64,000 nt of DNA from Sphingomonas sp. (GCA_965249015.1 CBDFLB010000002.1:45802-109801); one strand, 5' to 3'; numbered from the stretch's first letter, positions 37,623 through 48,503 are shown. Numbers and translations: made by a program. The notes: generated from the letters alone by a model not told the origin.

Positions 37623-38195
37623 ATGCTGAGCTTGCCCAATCTCCTGACGATTTCGCGGATCGTGACCGTGCCATTGCTGGTGGCGCTGCTCTGGTTCCCG
37701 GGCTGGGAGCTCGGCTATGCGCTCGGTTTTGCGCTCTACTGCCTCATGGGAATTACCGACTATTTCGACGGTTACCTTGCGCGGGCACAAGGCCAAGTGT
37801 CCAAGCTTGGCATTTTTCTCGACCCGATCGCCGACAAAATCATGGTTGCGGCCGTCATCATGATGCTGGTCGGCACGCGGCACGAGGCGGCGTCGATTTC
37901 GGGCTATCACCTGATCCCGGCGCTGATCATCCTGCTGCGCGAGATCGCCGTATCGGGCCTGCGCGAATTTCTCGCCGGACTCCAGGTGTCGATGCCGGTG
38001 TCGCAGCTTGCGAAATGGAAGACGGCGCTTCAAATCGTCGCATTGGGGGCGCTGATCCTTGCCGGGGCGTTACCTCTGTTATCCTGGGTGAAGACGATCG
38101 GGCTGGGTTCGTTATGGGCAGCCGCCGCGCTGACGCTCGTTACCGGCTGGGATTATCTGCGCGTCGGCATCAGGCACATGGACTGCACGCGGTGA
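37623..38195 (+). CDS. pgsA: CDP-diacylglycerol--glycerol-3-phosphate 3-phosphatidyltransferase
   Basis: MLSLPNLLTISRI..., with the CDP-alcohol phosphatidyltransferase motif DYFDGYLARAQGQVSKLGIFLDPIADK. Confidence 0.88.
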   Translation: MLSLPNLLTISRIVTVPLLVALLWFPGWELGYALGFALYCLMGITDYFDGYLARAQGQVSKLGIFLDPIADKIMVAAVIMMLVGTRHEAASISGYHLIPALIILLREIAVSGLREFLAGLQVSMPVSQLAKWKTALQIVALGALILAGALPLLSWVKTIGLGSLWAAAALTLVTGWDYLRVGIRHMDCTR

Positions 38196-38446
38196 CGACG
38201 ATCCTCTATTTCGCCACAGTGCGCGAGGCTGTCGGCGTCGGCGAGGAGCGGCTGGATCTGCCGGTCGAGGTCGTGACCGTTGCCCAGCTTGTCGATCATC
38301 TGTCGCGCCGCACTTCGGGGCATGCGGCCGCCTTTGCCGACACGGCGCGGCTGCGCGTCGCGGTCGATCACGTCATGGCGGATTTCTCGGCGACCATCGT
38401 CGATGCAAACGAGATCGCCTTTTTTCCGCCGGTGACAGGGGGATGA
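38192..38446 (+). CDS. moaD: Molybdopterin synthase sulfur-carrier subunit MoaD
   Basis: GTG 38192 overlaps the pgsA TGA (GTGA). The 84-aa protein TTILYFATVREAVG...EIAFFPPVTGG ends in the diagnostic GG. It is hidden inside the listed ORF 37589..38446. Confidence 0.8.
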   Translation: MTTILYFATVREAVGVGEERLDLPVEVVTVAQLVDHLSRRTSGHAAAFADTARLRVAVDHVMADFSATIVDANEIAFFPPVTGG

Positions 38447-38898
38447 TCGAAATCCGCGTCGCTTCGGCACCGTTCGACGTGGCAAGCGAGCTCGACCGGC
38501 TATCAGCGGCCGGGGTCGGCGGCATCGCATCGTTCATCGGCATCGTGCGCGGCGACGGTGACTTGCGGTCGCTGACGCTCGAACATTATCCGGTGATGAC
38601 TGAAACGGCGTTACGGGCACTTGCCGGCGAGGCGTGCATGCGGTGGAACCTTCTGAACGTCGTCATCGTCCACCGCGTCGGGACGCTCGTGCCGGGCGAG
38701 CGGATCGTCTTTGTCGGAACGGCCGCGCCACATCGTGCGGCGGCGCTCGAAGGGTGCGCATTCCTCATCGACAGGCTAAAGACCGACGCACCGTTCTGGA
38801 AGTGCGAAACCTTTGCCGATGGTCGCGCCAGATGGGTAGAGGCGAAGGTGTCCGACACCGCGGCAGCCGCGATCTGGGATCAGGCGAGCGGGTCGTAG
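38443..38898 (+). CDS. moaE: Molybdopterin synthase catalytic subunit MoaE
   Basis: 151 aa. 4-nt overlap with moaD. FIGIVRGD...LTLEHYPVMTE...APHRAAALEGCAFLIDRLKTDAPFWK. Confidence 0.88.
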   Translation: MIEIRVASAPFDVASELDRLSAAGVGGIASFIGIVRGDGDLRSLTLEHYPVMTETALRALAGEACMRWNLLNVVIVHRVGTLVPGERIVFVGTAAPHRAAALEGCAFLIDRLKTDAPFWKCETFADGRARWVEAKVSDTAAAAIWDQASGS

Positions 38899-39656
38899 CC
38901 AAGCGCTTTGGCAAGGCTGTAGACGCTCGTGATCAGCAGGACCGTGCCGACCTGACGCATCAGCATCGGCGCCTGCACCCGTTTGGCAAGCACCGCGCCG
39001 AAGGGGGCAGCGCCGATCCCGCCGATCAACAGCCCGACGGTCACCGTCGTGAACGCCTGCCACCCGAGCCCGATGATGAACGTGATCGAGATCGTGACGG
39101 TCAGAAAGAACTCCGCGGCGTTGACCGAACCGATCGTCGTGCGCGGGGCAGTGCCTTGAATGAGAAGGTTCGACGTGACGACCGGGCCCCACCCGCCGCC
39201 GCCGCCGATCGCATCGAGAAACCCGCCGGCGAAGCCCAGTGGCGCGATGACGCGCGGCTTCTTCGATGTCGCAGGGTGAAACGATTTCCAGAGGATGTAG
39301 CCACCGACCAGGCTCAGATACGCCATGACGAAGGGTCTGGTTACGTCGCTGTCGATGTTGATGAGTATATAGGCGCCCAGCACGCCGCCGACGACTCCGG
39401 GGCCGACGAGACGCGCGAACAGTCGCCAGTCGACGTTGCCTTGAAGCGCATGACTAATCCCGCTGGCAGCGGTGGTGAAGACCTCGACGAAATGAACGCT
39501 CGCCGAGGCCCGGGCAGGCACGACGCCCATCACGCTGACCATCAGCGTGGATGAAATGACGCCAAACGCCATGCCCATCGCACCGTCCACAAGCTGCGCG
39601 GTGAAGCCGATCAGGATGAACGGAAGCAGCGCTTGCAAGGTGAAGATGTCGCCCAT
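38880..39656 (-). CDS. TauE/SafE family sulfite/anion exporter
   Basis: 258 aa with 7-8 TM helices and Gly-rich repeats (GGGGGWGPV) typical of TauE/SafE. It converges on moaE with a 19-nt overlap. Confidence 0.75.
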   Translation of the reverse strand: MGDIFTLQALLPFILIGFTAQLVDGAMGMAFGVISSTLMVSVMGVVPARASASVHFVEVFTTAASGISHALQGNVDWRLFARLVGPGVVGGVLGAYILINIDSDVTRPFVMAYLSLVGGYILWKSFHPATSKKPRVIAPLGFAGGFLDAIGGGGGWGPVVTSNLLIQGTAPRTTIGSVNAAEFFLTVTISITFIIGLGWQAFTTVTVGLLIGGIGAAPFGAVLAKRVQAPMLMRQVGTVLLITSVYSLAKALGYDPLA

Positions 39657-39794
39657 GGCCGAGACTTCGCAGGCGCGATGGCGGGGCGCAACTGTCTTTG
39701 GCTAGGGGAAACGAAAGTCCAGCTTTGCACTTGGGATTGCTCATCGGGGCCGCAAATGCTTAGACGCGGGCTTTAACGACGGAACGCCTCTCAT

Positions 39795-40460
39795 ATGTTC
39801 GATCGTCTTGTCGCCTATCTCGATTCGATCAAAGCGCGCGATCCCGCTGCGCGGTCGCGTTGGGAAATCATCACCTATCCCGGGGTCTGGGCGGTCATGT
39901 TTCACCGTGCGGCGCACTGGCTTTATCGCGGCGAGCTTTACTTCGTCGCGCGCCTTGTCAACCATATCGGTCGCCTGCTGACAGCCATCGACATCCATCC
40001 CGGTGCGACGATCGGGCGTAACCTGTTTATCGACCATGGCTTTTCAGTCATCGGCGAGACCGCAGAGATCGGTGACGACGTCACGATCTATCAGAATGTG
40101 ACGCTTGGCGGGACGAACCCCGCCAACGGCATTGCGGGTAAACGCCACCCGCGGCTCTGCGACGGCGTGATCGTCGGGTCGGGCGCGCAGGTTCTCGGCC
40201 CGATCACCGTCGGGGAACGCGCGCGGATCGGCGCAAATTCGGTCGTGACCAAGAATGTGCCCGACGGCGCGACGATGGTCGGCATTCCGGCGCGCTCCAC
40301 GCTGATCGAGGCGCAATCGGGATTCGTGCCATATGGAACGCCGTGCAGCGAACGCTATGACCCGGCGACGCAACAGCTCGAAATTCTGAGATGCGAGGTC
40401 GAGGCGCTTCGTGCAAAACTCGCGGCGTACGTCGACAATGATCGCGCGCAATCGGCCTGA
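39795..40460 (+). CDS. cysE: Serine O-acetyltransferase
   Basis: N-terminal SATase helix region (IKARDPAARSRWEIITYPGVWAVMFHRAAHWLY), followed by hexapeptide repeats. Confidence 0.9.
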   Translation: MFDRLVAYLDSIKARDPAARSRWEIITYPGVWAVMFHRAAHWLYRGELYFVARLVNHIGRLLTAIDIHPGATIGRNLFIDHGFSVIGETAEIGDDVTIYQNVTLGGTNPANGIAGKRHPRLCDGVIVGSGAQVLGPITVGERARIGANSVVTKNVPDGATMVGIPARSTLIEAQSGFVPYGTPCSERYDPATQQLEILRCEVEALRAKLAAYVDNDRAQSA

Positions 40461-40795
40461 TGGGGATCGTTGCGCCGTTTCCGCGAGCGGGACTGCAGGT
40501 CGGCTTCGACCGAGCCGAGCTCACCCGGATCCTCGACCTGTACGGCCGGATGGTGTCTGCGGGCCACTGGCGCGACTATGCGATCGACCTCGGTCGCGAG
40601 GCGGCGGTGTTCAGCGCGTTCCGCCGCACCGCCGAGCGCCCCGAAGTGCGAATCGAGAAGCGCCCGGCGCTCCGCCATCGCCAGGGGCAATGGGCGCTTA
40701 TCGGGGAAGGCAGCGCGGTACTCAAACGCAGTCACGAGCTTGCTCCCGTACTCGCGCCGGTCGAGCGACGGCTTATGAAACTCGTGGCGGGCTGA
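40460..40795 (+). CDS. DUF2794 family protein
   Basis: 111 aa. FDRAELTRILDLYGRMVSAGHWRDYAID matches my memory of the DUF2794 core. Confidence 0.6.
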   Translation: MGIVAPFPRAGLQVGFDRAELTRILDLYGRMVSAGHWRDYAIDLGREAAVFSAFRRTAERPEVRIEKRPALRHRQGQWALIGEGSAVLKRSHELAPVLAPVERRLMKLVAG

Positions 40796-40868
40796 ACCGC
40801 GGCCTCACCACAGGCCATTTTTGGGCACCGGAGAATTGCGATCGCCGGCGCCCAAAAGATCGCTCAGA

Positions 40869-41216
40869 TCAACGGGTGCGACGTTTGCGGTGCGCCGGAG
40901 CGCCCCCTTTGACATCGGCCTCGCGCGCCGAGCTCTGGACGCACTGGTCTGTCACCGACTTCGAGCAGCGCGGATATTCGGCCTGGGCGGCCGGAGCCGG
41001 TGACGCCGTCATCGGTGCCATTGTCGGGGCGGCAGGTGCCGGCATCGTCTCCATCGGAGTCTGCATCGGAGGCTGCGCAGCTTCGGGCGTCGTCGGCGGC
41101 ATCGGAGCGTCGCCGGTCGGCGCCGGCGCAGGCATTGCGGGCTCGGCAGGGGGCGTAGTCTGGGCGGTTGCGGCCCCGCTCAACAGCAGGGCAAAAGTGA
41201 AAGCCAGTGTCTTCAT
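40869..41216 (-). CDS. Secreted Pro/Ala/Met-rich low-complexity protein
   Basis: Signal peptide MKTLAFTFALLLSGAATAQ (ATG 41216). Then a PAxP/PM-rich region and a basic C-terminus containing two Cys. Confidence 0.5.
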   Translation of the reverse strand: MKTLAFTFALLLSGAATAQTTPPAEPAMPAPAPTGDAPMPPTTPEAAQPPMQTPMETMPAPAAPTMAPMTASPAPAAQAEYPRCSKSVTDQCVQSSAREADVKGGAPAHRKRRTR

Positions 41217-41307
41217 GGCGCGACTCCTCAATCATTAGCGCAAATGCGCAGCGACTGACGAACGCGTTAATGTCTCGTCTGTTCCCGAAGTCGCGGCAGG
41301 ACGCCGC

Positions 41308-42006
41308 TCAGAGCCGACCGTCTGCGTCGAGGGCGTAGCCGGCCGAGCGGACCGTACGGATGATATCGGGACGTCCGCCTTCGTTGATCGCCTTGCGCAA
41401 ACGCCGAATGTGGACGTCCACAGTCCGCGGCTCGATGTCGCTGTCGTGCCCCCAGACGCTGTCGAGTAGCCGCTCGCGCGAGAACACATGGCTCGGATGT
41501 TCGAGGAAATGGCGAAGCAGGCGGAATTCGGTTGGGCCGAGCGGGATCATCGTTCCGTTCCGCCTGACTTTGTGCGCGACGGTATCCATCTCGAGGTCGG
41601 CATAGCTCATCGTCTCACCGGCGAGCGCCGGCCGGACCCGGCGGAGAACCGCCCCTACCCGGGCAACGAGTTCGCGCGGGCTGAACGGCTTCGTGACATA
41701 GTCGTCGGCGCCGGTCTCGAGGCCACGGACGCGATCCTCCTCTTCGCCGCGCGCGGTGAGCATGATGATCGGGACGTTCGCCGTCTCGGGCATGCGGCGC
41801 AGGCGGCGACACACCTCCAGCCCCGAAAGCGTCTCGAGCATCCAGTCGAGCAGGATGATGTCGGGCGGCGTTTCGGTCGCCATCAACAGCGCTTCCTCGC
41901 CATCGGGGGTCTGGCGGACGTCGAAGTTCTCGCGCTTGAAATGATAGACGAGCAGTTCGGCGAGCGCCGCGTCATCCTCGACCAGCAACATGTTTATCCG
42001 GCTCAT
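41308..42006 (-). CDS. phoB: Phosphate regulon response regulator PhoB
   Basis: Receiver domain (LLVEDD...ILLDWML) plus an OmpR-type winged helix (VWGHDSDIEPRTVDVHIRRLRK). It lies at the end of the pst-phoU cluster. Confidence 0.9.
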   Translation of the reverse strand: MSRINMLLVEDDAALAELLVYHFKRENFDVRQTPDGEEALLMATETPPDIILLDWMLETLSGLEVCRRLRRMPETANVPIIMLTARGEEEDRVRGLETGADDYVTKPFSPRELVARVGAVLRRVRPALAGETMSYADLEMDTVAHKVRRNGTMIPLGPTEFRLLRHFLEHPSHVFSRERLLDSVWGHDSDIEPRTVDVHIRRLRKAINEGGRPDIIRTVRSAGYALDADGRL

Positions 42007-42707
42007 AAGACGTCGTCCCGTGTTTCGCCAAAGGGATCGCCGCGCTCGCGCTCGGCCATATATTCGCCGGTTGCCGCAAAATAGACCATCTCGGCGACGT
42101 TGGTCGCGTGGTCGCCGACGCGCTCGAGGTTTTTGGCGACAAACAGAAGGTGCGCCGCGTCGCCGATGCTCTGCGGATTTTCGTACATGTAGGTCACGAG
42201 CGTGCGAAAGATCGAGTTGTAGAAATCGTCGACGATCCGGTCGCGTTCGTTGACCGCGACCGCAGCATGGATATCACGCGCGGCAAAGGCGTCGAGGACG
42301 TCGCGCACCATCTCGGTCGCAACTTGCGCCATCGTCGGCAGGAGCGAAATCGGCTCGATCTTGCGCCGCCCCTCGATCGCGCCGACTCGTTTTGCAATGT
42401 TCTTTGCGTAGTCGCCGATCCGTTCGATCACGGCAGCGATCTTCAGCGCGGCGACCACCTCGCGAAGGTCATCGGCCATCGGTGCGCGCAGGGCGATAAT
42501 GCGCACGGCGAGCTTTTCGACCTCGGTCTCGAGGCGGTCGATCGCCTTGTCGTCCTCGATCACCTTGCGCGCGAGGTCGAGATCACGCCGGATCAGCGCC
42601 TGCATCGCCGCGGTGATCGCAAGTTCGGCGCGGCCGCCCATATCGGCGATGTGCCCGCGCAATTCGCCAATTTCATTATCGAAAATCTTGACGGTGTGAT
42701 CGGTCAT
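42003..42707 (-). CDS. phoU: Phosphate signalling complex protein PhoU
   Basis: Starts at MTDHTVKIFDNEIGELRG (ATG 42707), 234 aa, with duplicated ERIGDYAKNIA / ERVGDHATNVAE motifs. The listed ORF up to 43076 is an extension into pstB. Confidence 0.9.
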   Translation of the reverse strand: MTDHTVKIFDNEIGELRGHIADMGGRAELAITAAMQALIRRDLDLARKVIEDDKAIDRLETEVEKLAVRIIALRAPMADDLREVVAALKIAAVIERIGDYAKNIAKRVGAIEGRRKIEPISLLPTMAQVATEMVRDVLDAFAARDIHAAVAVNERDRIVDDFYNSIFRTLVTYMYENPQSIGDAAHLLFVAKNLERVGDHATNVAEMVYFAATGEYMAERERGDPFGETRDDVL

Positions 42708-42718
42708 CGTTGCTGTCC

Positions 42719-43477
42719 TTAGCCGTAGCGGCCGGTGATATAGTCCTTCGTTCGTTCCTGCTTCGGATTGGTGAAGATGTCCGACGTCACGCCATATTCG
42801 ACGAGTGTTCCCAGATGAAAAAACGCCGTGCGCTGCGAAACGCGCGCCGCCTGCTGCATGTTGTGTGTCACGATGACGATGGCATAGCGGCCGCGCAGTG
42901 CGTGGATCAGTTCCTCGATCTTTGCGGTCGCGATCGGGTCTAGTGCCGAGCAGGGTTCGTCCATCAGGATCACCTCGGGATCGACCGCGATCGCGCGTGC
43001 GATGCACAGCCGCTGCTGCTGGCCGCCCGACAGCGCGGTTCCGCTTTCGGCCAGCCGGTCCTTGACCTCTTCCCATAGCCCCGCGCGTTTCAGAGACTCT
43101 TCGACAATCCCGTCCATGTCGGCCTTTGCCGAAGCGAGCCCGTGTATGCGCGGGCCGTATGCCACGTTCTCGTAAATCGATTTGGGGAACGGATTGGGTT
43201 TCTGGAAAACCATGCCGACGCGCGCGCGAAGCTGAACGACGTCCATTGATGGCGCGTAGATATTCTCGCCGTCGAGCGTGATGTCACCTTCGACACGCGC
43301 CGATGCCACCGTGTCGTTCATCCGATTGAGCGTGCGCAGGAACGTCGACTTGCCGCAGCCCGACGGGCCGATGAAGGCCGTCACATTTTCCATGTCGACG
43401 TCGATCGACACGTCGTTGATCGCCTGCTTCTGGCCGTACCAGACCGAAACGTCGCGCGCCGTCATCTTGGAAGTCAT
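42719..43477 (-). CDS. pstB: Phosphate ABC transporter ATP-binding protein PstB
   Basis: Walker [13 protein letters not shown] signature [14 protein letters not shown], Walker B ILMDEP. Confidence 0.95.
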   Translation of the reverse strand: MTSKMTARDVSVWYGQKQAINDVSIDVDMENVTAFIGPSGCGKSTFLRTLNRMNDTVASARVEGDITLDGENIYAPSMDVVQLRARVGMVFQKPNPFPKSIYENVAYGPRIHGLASAKADMDGIVEESLKRAGLWEEVKDRLAESGTALSGGQQQRLCIARAIAVDPEVILMDEPCSALDPIATAKIEELIHALRGRYAIVIVTHNMQQAARVSQRTAFFHLGTLVEYGVTSDIFTNPKQERTKDYITGRYG

Positions 43478-43481
43478 TGGA

Positions 43482-44714
43482 TCACCACCGGGTTTCGAAG
43501 CGGTTGCGCAGATAGATCGCGACGGCGTTCATCGCGAGCAAAAAGACCAGGAGCACGATAATCGCCGCGCTGGTCTTTTCGATGAACCCCTTGCTGACTT
43601 CGTCCGACCAGAGGAAAATCTGGACCGGAAGGACGGTTGCCGGATCGCGGATGCCATCGGGCGGTGTGGCGACGAATGCACGCATGCCGATCATCAGCAG
43701 CGGAGCCGTTTCACCCAGCGCGCGCGCCATGCCGATGATCGTGCCCGTGAGGATGCCGGGAAGCGCGAGCGGCAGGACATGATGAAAGACGACCTGGATG
43801 CGTGAGGCACCGATGCCGAGTGCTGCGTCACGGATCGAAGGGGGCACCGCCTTGATCGCGTTGCGACCGGCGATGACAATGACCGGCATCGTCATCAGGG
43901 CGAGCGTCATTCCGCCGACGATCGGCGCGGACCGCGGCAACCCCCACATGCTGAGAAAGACGGCAAGTCCGAGCAGCCCGAAAATGATCGACGGGACGGC
44001 GGCGAGGTTGTTGATCGAGACCTCGATCAGGTCGGTCCACCGATTGCGCGGCGCATATTCCTCGAGATAGAGCGCCGACAGCACGCCGATCGGGAACGCC
44101 AGCAACAACGTTACCGCCATCGTCAGCAGCGATCCCTTCAGCGCGCCCCAGATTCCCGCCTGCGTCGGGTCAGTCGCGTCGCTGCGCGACAGGAACTGGC
44201 TGTTGAACCCTGTGCTGATCACGCCGCGATCGGCAAGCCTGGCATAGAGGGCACGATCCTCGGCCGAGCCTTCGCCGCGGTCGGCAAAGGCGATCGCCGA
44301 CGACGTCGGTATCTTGATCGTCGTCGTGCGCGTCAGGACCGAGGGGTCGCGCGCTATCGCGTCGCGCAAAGTCAGCCAGCCATTCTGCGACACGGCCTGG
44401 CCCGCGCCGCGGCCGAATGCCGCGTCCGCGGCGATTGCTGGCACCTCGACGAGACCCACCCCCGCGCGGGCCGCGTTCGCGTCGATGCCGAGCGCTTTCA
44501 GATCAAACGGGATCGCGATCTCAGTCCGGGTGAAGCCGCGTGCACCGTTGTTCAGCATCGTAAACAGCAGGAAGGCAAGGAAACCCACGGAAAGAAGAAC
44601 GGCGGCGAGCCCGAAAAGGCGGAACATCCGCTCGCCGCGGTAACGCCGTGCGATGCGTCCATTCATCGCCTGTGACGTCCAGTCGGTCGGGAGGCGGACG
44701 GCTGGATCAGTCAT
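43482..44714 (-). CDS. pstA: Phosphate ABC transporter permease PstA (long form)
   Basis: 410 aa, with the EAA-type loop [23 protein letters not shown]. Its position in the operon also fits. Confidence 0.9.
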   Translation of the reverse strand: MTDPAVRLPTDWTSQAMNGRIARRYRGERMFRLFGLAAVLLSVGFLAFLLFTMLNNGARGFTRTEIAIPFDLKALGIDANAARAGVGLVEVPAIAADAAFGRGAGQAVSQNGWLTLRDAIARDPSVLTRTTTIKIPTSSAIAFADRGEGSAEDRALYARLADRGVISTGFNSQFLSRSDATDPTQAGIWGALKGSLLTMAVTLLLAFPIGVLSALYLEEYAPRNRWTDLIEVSINNLAAVPSIIFGLLGLAVFLSMWGLPRSAPIVGGMTLALMTMPVIVIAGRNAIKAVPPSIRDAALGIGASRIQVVFHHVLPLALPGILTGTIIGMARALGETAPLLMIGMRAFVATPPDGIRDPATVLPVQIFLWSDEVSKGFIEKTSAAIIVLLVFLLAMNAVAIYLRNRFETRW

Positions 44715-46077
44715 AGGCTTCGCGATACTTTTTCACGACGCGCAAGGCGACGATGTTCAGGAGGAGGGTAACGATGAACAGGACGAGCCCGAGCGCGAAG
44801 GCCGCAAGCGTCTTGGCGCTGTCGAATTCGCTATCGCCGGTCAAGAGTTGAACGATCTGGGTCGTTACCGTGGTGACGCTGGCAAACGGATTGGCGGTAA
44901 GATTTGCGGCGAGTCCCGCAGCCATCACGACGATCATCGTTTCGCCGATCGCGCGGCTTACGGCCAGAAGGACACCGCCGACAATGCCGGGGAGTGCCGC
45001 GGGAACGATCACCTTGCGGATCGTTTCGGATGTCGTCGCACCCATCGCCAGGCTCCCGTCTCGCATCGATTGCGGGACCGCGGCAATCGAATCGTCGGCC
45101 ATCGACGATACGAACGGGATGATCATGATGCCCATCACAAGCCCGGCCGCGAGCGCGCTTTCCGAACTTGCACCGGGGATGCCGAGCATGACCGCGAAAT
45201 CGCGCACTGCGGGCGCAACGGTCAGCGCCGCGAAATAACCGTAGACCACAGTTGGCACCCCGGCGAGGATCTCGAGCGTCGGCTTGACCCACTTGCGGAT
45301 GCGGGGTCGGGCGTACTGCGTCAGATAAATCGCGCTCATGAGCCCGATGGGAATCGCGACGATCATGGCGATGATGGCACCGATGAAGATCGTTCCCCAG
45401 AACAGCGGGACGGCACCGAGCGCCTTGGTATCGCCGCCCGCTGCCGCCTGAAGGCTCCAGCGCGTGTTGAAAAGAAAATCGACCGGATTGACGAGCGAGA
45501 AGAACCGGAAGCTCTCGAACATCAGGGAAATCACGATCCCCGCTGTGGTCAGGATTGCGATCAGCGACGCGAGCAGAAGCGTGATCATGACGACGCGCTC
45601 GACATTCGTCCGCGCGCGAAAATCGGGTTTCAGCCGAAGGAACGCAAACGCGCCGAACGCGACCCCCAATGCAAGCGTCAGACCAAGCCCGAGCATGGCA
45701 AGGAAATTTCGAGCGCCACGAAATTCGGGCGACAGCGCCTCGGCCTTCGGGTTGAACGCGTTCTCGATCTGGCCGTGCGCAAGGTCCCGCGCTTCGGCGA
45801 GGATGGCGGCGCGTTCCATGGGCTCGGCCGGCAAGGCACGCGCCGCCTCGCTCGCGTTGACGCGTTGCATGACAAGCGACGGCGTGACGCCGGACCACAT
45901 TATTGCAAAGAGCAACGCCGGCAGGATCGCCGCGATCGCGACGAACCAGCCGTGGTAGCCCGGCAGCGAATGAAGCCGCGACGCGCGATCGCCGCTCGTG
46001 GCGAAGCCGGCTGCTCTGGTCCGCCCCACGAACCAGGCGATAACGCCGAGCGCGAGGATCAGGAGAAACGCTATCAT
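44707..46077 (-). CDS. pstC: Phosphate ABC transporter permease PstC (long form)
   Basis: 456 aa, with the EAA-type loop GATTSETIRKVIVPAALPGIVGG. It overlaps pstA by 8 nt. Confidence 0.9.
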   Translation of the reverse strand: MIAFLLILALGVIAWFVGRTRAAGFATSGDRASRLHSLPGYHGWFVAIAAILPALLFAIMWSGVTPSLVMQRVNASEAARALPAEPMERAAILAEARDLAHGQIENAFNPKAEALSPEFRGARNFLAMLGLGLTLALGVAFGAFAFLRLKPDFRARTNVERVVMITLLLASLIAILTTAGIVISLMFESFRFFSLVNPVDFLFNTRWSLQAAAGGDTKALGAVPLFWGTIFIGAIIAMIVAIPIGLMSAIYLTQYARPRIRKWVKPTLEILAGVPTVVYGYFAALTVAPAVRDFAVMLGIPGASSESALAAGLVMGIMIIPFVSSMADDSIAAVPQSMRDGSLAMGATTSETIRKVIVPAALPGIVGGVLLAVSRAIGETMIVVMAAGLAANLTANPFASVTTVTTQIVQLLTGDSEFDSAKTLAAFALGLVLFIVTLLLNIVALRVVKKYREAYD

Positions 46078-46108
46078 CGACGCCGCACCGGCTTGGGCAT
46101 GGCCGTCG

Positions 46109-47155
46109 CTACTTCAGAGTCGCGGGGTCGAGCGGCTTCATGTCCTTTAGCTGCTGCGCCGATGCAGTCCGGACGTCAGCCGGCGCGATCACCATGCCGC
46201 GTTGCTTGAGATAACCCTCGGGGCCCCATGCGTTGCCGAACTCGGCCACGAACGCCTGCAAGCCCTTGATCGCTCTCAGATGCGCGCTCTTCACATAGAT
46301 GAAAAGCGGTCGTGCGCCGGGATAGCTGTAATCCGCGATCGTCGCATACGTTGGGATCACGCCGTCGATTGCGCTGCCGACGAGTTTGTCGCCGTTCTCT
46401 TCGAGCGACGAGAAGCCGAAAATGCCGACCGCTTTGGGATTGGAAACGAGTTTCTGAACGATCAGATTATCGTTCTCGCCAGCGTCGACGAATGCACCAT
46501 CCTCGCGGATCGTCGTGCAGGTCTTCTTGTGCGCTTCGGCGTCCTTTTCCTTCAACGCTTTCATCGTCGCATCGGTGTCGCAACCCTTGGTCAGGATGAG
46601 CTCGGCGAGAGCGTCGCGCGTTCCGCTGGTCGATGGCGGACCATAAACGGCGATATCGATTGCGGGCAGCGCTGGGTTGACGTCGTGCCAGGTCCTGGCC
46701 GTCTGATCTTTGCCGAAGGGCTTGGCCGCGAGCGCGACATAGATGTCACGCGCGGTCAATGTCAGTTTCGGCCCCGATTTCGCCTCGGCAAAAGCGATAC
46801 CGTCGAGGCCGATCTGCACCTCGACGATATCGGTCACCTTGTTTTTCGCGCAGCCATCATATTCCGATTTCTTCATCTTGCGCGAAGCGTTCACGATGTC
46901 GGGAAAACTTGCGCCAACGCCTTCGCAAAACAGCTTCATACCGGCCCCCGTGCCGGTCGATTCGATGATCGGCGACTTCGTGCCGGCGTTCTTGTTGACG
47001 AACTGTTCTGCAACCGCGGTCGCGAACGGATAGACCGTCGACGAGCCGACGGCGCGAATTTGATCGCGGACGCCGGAAGCGCCGCCAGCGCCGCCGTTGT
47101 CGCACCCCGCGAGGGCGACCAGCGCAAGGGCGATCCCGGCCGTGATGCGGATCAT
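46109..47155 (-). CDS. pstS: Phosphate ABC transporter substrate-binding protein (PstS family)
   Basis: Lipoprotein-type signal MIRITAGIALALVALAGC (ATG 47155). Contains the IRAVGSSTVYPF motif of the PBP-like-2 family. Confidence 0.85.
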   Translation of the reverse strand: MIRITAGIALALVALAGCDNGGAGGASGVRDQIRAVGSSTVYPFATAVAEQFVNKNAGTKSPIIESTGTGAGMKLFCEGVGASFPDIVNASRKMKKSEYDGCAKNKVTDIVEVQIGLDGIAFAEAKSGPKLTLTARDIYVALAAKPFGKDQTARTWHDVNPALPAIDIAVYGPPSTSGTRDALAELILTKGCDTDATMKALKEKDAEAHKKTCTTIREDGAFVDAGENDNLIVQKLVSNPKAVGIFGFSSLEENGDKLVGSAIDGVIPTYATIADYSYPGARPLFIYVKSAHLRAIKGLQAFVAEFGNAWGPEGYLKQRGMVIAPADVRTASAQQLKDMKPLDPATLK

Positions 47156-47210
47156 TGTCGTGCTCCCCCCAAGTGCCGCAGCGCTAGCGGCGATTCGCAT
47201 CCTCTGTGTG

Positions 47211-48413
47211 TCAGTTCAGTGACGTTTCCGTGACAGCGGCAACCGGCGCAGTGGGGAAGATCGCCGCTGCAGTCGTACCGACACCGATCTTGCTGGTGAT
47301 TTCAAGCCGTCCACGGTGACGTTCGACGATATGCTTGACGATCGCAAGGCCAAGGCCGGTTCCGCCGACCGTGCGGCTTCGCCCGGCATCAACGCGGTAG
47401 AAACGCTCTGTCAGCCGCGGAAGATGTTCCGAGGCGATGCCTTCACCCTGGTCGGTCACCGTCAGACGCACCCAGGTGCCGTCGGCTCTTACGCTGATCC
47501 TGACCGGCGACCCTGCGCGCCCGTACTTGATCGCGTTGCCGAGCAGGTTGTGCGTGAGCTGCGACAGTTGCGCGCGATCGCCGACGACATCGCCGCTGTG
47601 CACGTCGAGTTCGATCCGCGACGCGGCGTTCCCCAACTCGTCGGCGACTTCACTGACAAGCGCCGGCAGCGAAATGATCTCGTCGGGCAAAAGATGCTTT
47701 TCGGCTTCGATACGGCTAAGCGAGATAAGGTCGTCGATCAGGCGCTGCATCCGCTGCGCTTCCTTCAGCATGATGCCGAGAAAGCGCGTGCGCACCTCGC
47801 GGTCGTCGCCGGTTTTTTCGTCGGCAAGCGTTTCGACGAAGCCCAGGATCGCCGATAGAGGCGTGCGAAGCTCGTGACTTGCATTCGCCACGAAGTCAGT
47901 ACGCGCCTGATCGACGGCGTGGCGTTCGGCGCGATCGACGAGGTGGACGATCCGTTTGCCCGGCGCGATCGTGGTCACGTACATCTCGACGCGCTGGTCG
48001 GCGGTCCCGATCCCGGCAAGTTCGACGCTCCCGTCGGGCGCGCCAGGTGCAAAGCGTGCGGACGACGCCGGGTGACGGATCGCCAGCCTGATGTCTTCGC
48101 CGATAATATGTTCGCCAAGCAGCGCGGTCGCAGACGGATTTGCGGCGCGAACGCGGTTGTCGAGAAGCATCAGCACCGGCTCGGCGATCGCCTTGATCAC
48201 TCCGAGGTCCATGTCATCCCCCGCGCCGGTTTGCGTCGTGGTGCGAACCGATTCGCGCTCGGTGAACAGCAAGAACACAGCAACCGTCAGCAGGCCGCAC
48301 GCGGCGACGATGACGGCACCATAGCCATAGGAATCGCGCTGCAGCGCGACGAGGACCAGCGCCGCCGTAAAAAGCAGGGCAACGGCGATACGCAGGGCAC
48401 TCGGTCGAGTCAC
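47211..48413 (-). CDS. phoR: Phosphate regulon sensor histidine kinase PhoR
   Basis: Two N-terminal TM helices, H-box FVANASHELRTPLSAILGF, and N/G boxes (LLGNAIKY, GTGLGLAIVKHIV). Confidence 0.88.
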   Translation of the reverse strand: MTRPSALRIAVALLFTAALVLVALQRDSYGYGAVIVAACGLLTVAVFLLFTERESVRTTTQTGAGDDMDLGVIKAIAEPVLMLLDNRVRAANPSATALLGEHIIGEDIRLAIRHPASSARFAPGAPDGSVELAGIGTADQRVEMYVTTIAPGKRIVHLVDRAERHAVDQARTDFVANASHELRTPLSAILGFVETLADEKTGDDREVRTRFLGIMLKEAQRMQRLIDDLISLSRIEAEKHLLPDEIISLPALVSEVADELGNAASRIELDVHSGDVVGDRAQLSQLTHNLLGNAIKYGRAGSPVRISVRADGTWVRLTVTDQGEGIASEHLPRLTERFYRVDAGRSRTVGGTGLGLAIVKHIVERHRGRLEITSKIGVGTTAAAIFPTAPVAAVTETSLN

Positions 48414-48503
48414 GCGGCCGACATTAGCCGTTGAACCGGCGGTCAGTAAGGAAGATTAACCATCCGCAATCGCCACGCGCGATTATTTTTATTATGGGGG
48501 CGT

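Noticed and set aside
48414-48503. A Pho box upstream of phoR or pstS (also examined 47156-47210).
   Set aside because: I looked for CTGTCAT-N4-CTGTCAT-like direct repeats on the minus strand and found nothing convincing. The AT-rich run TTATTTTTATTAT at 48483-48495 is just a likely divergent promoter region.
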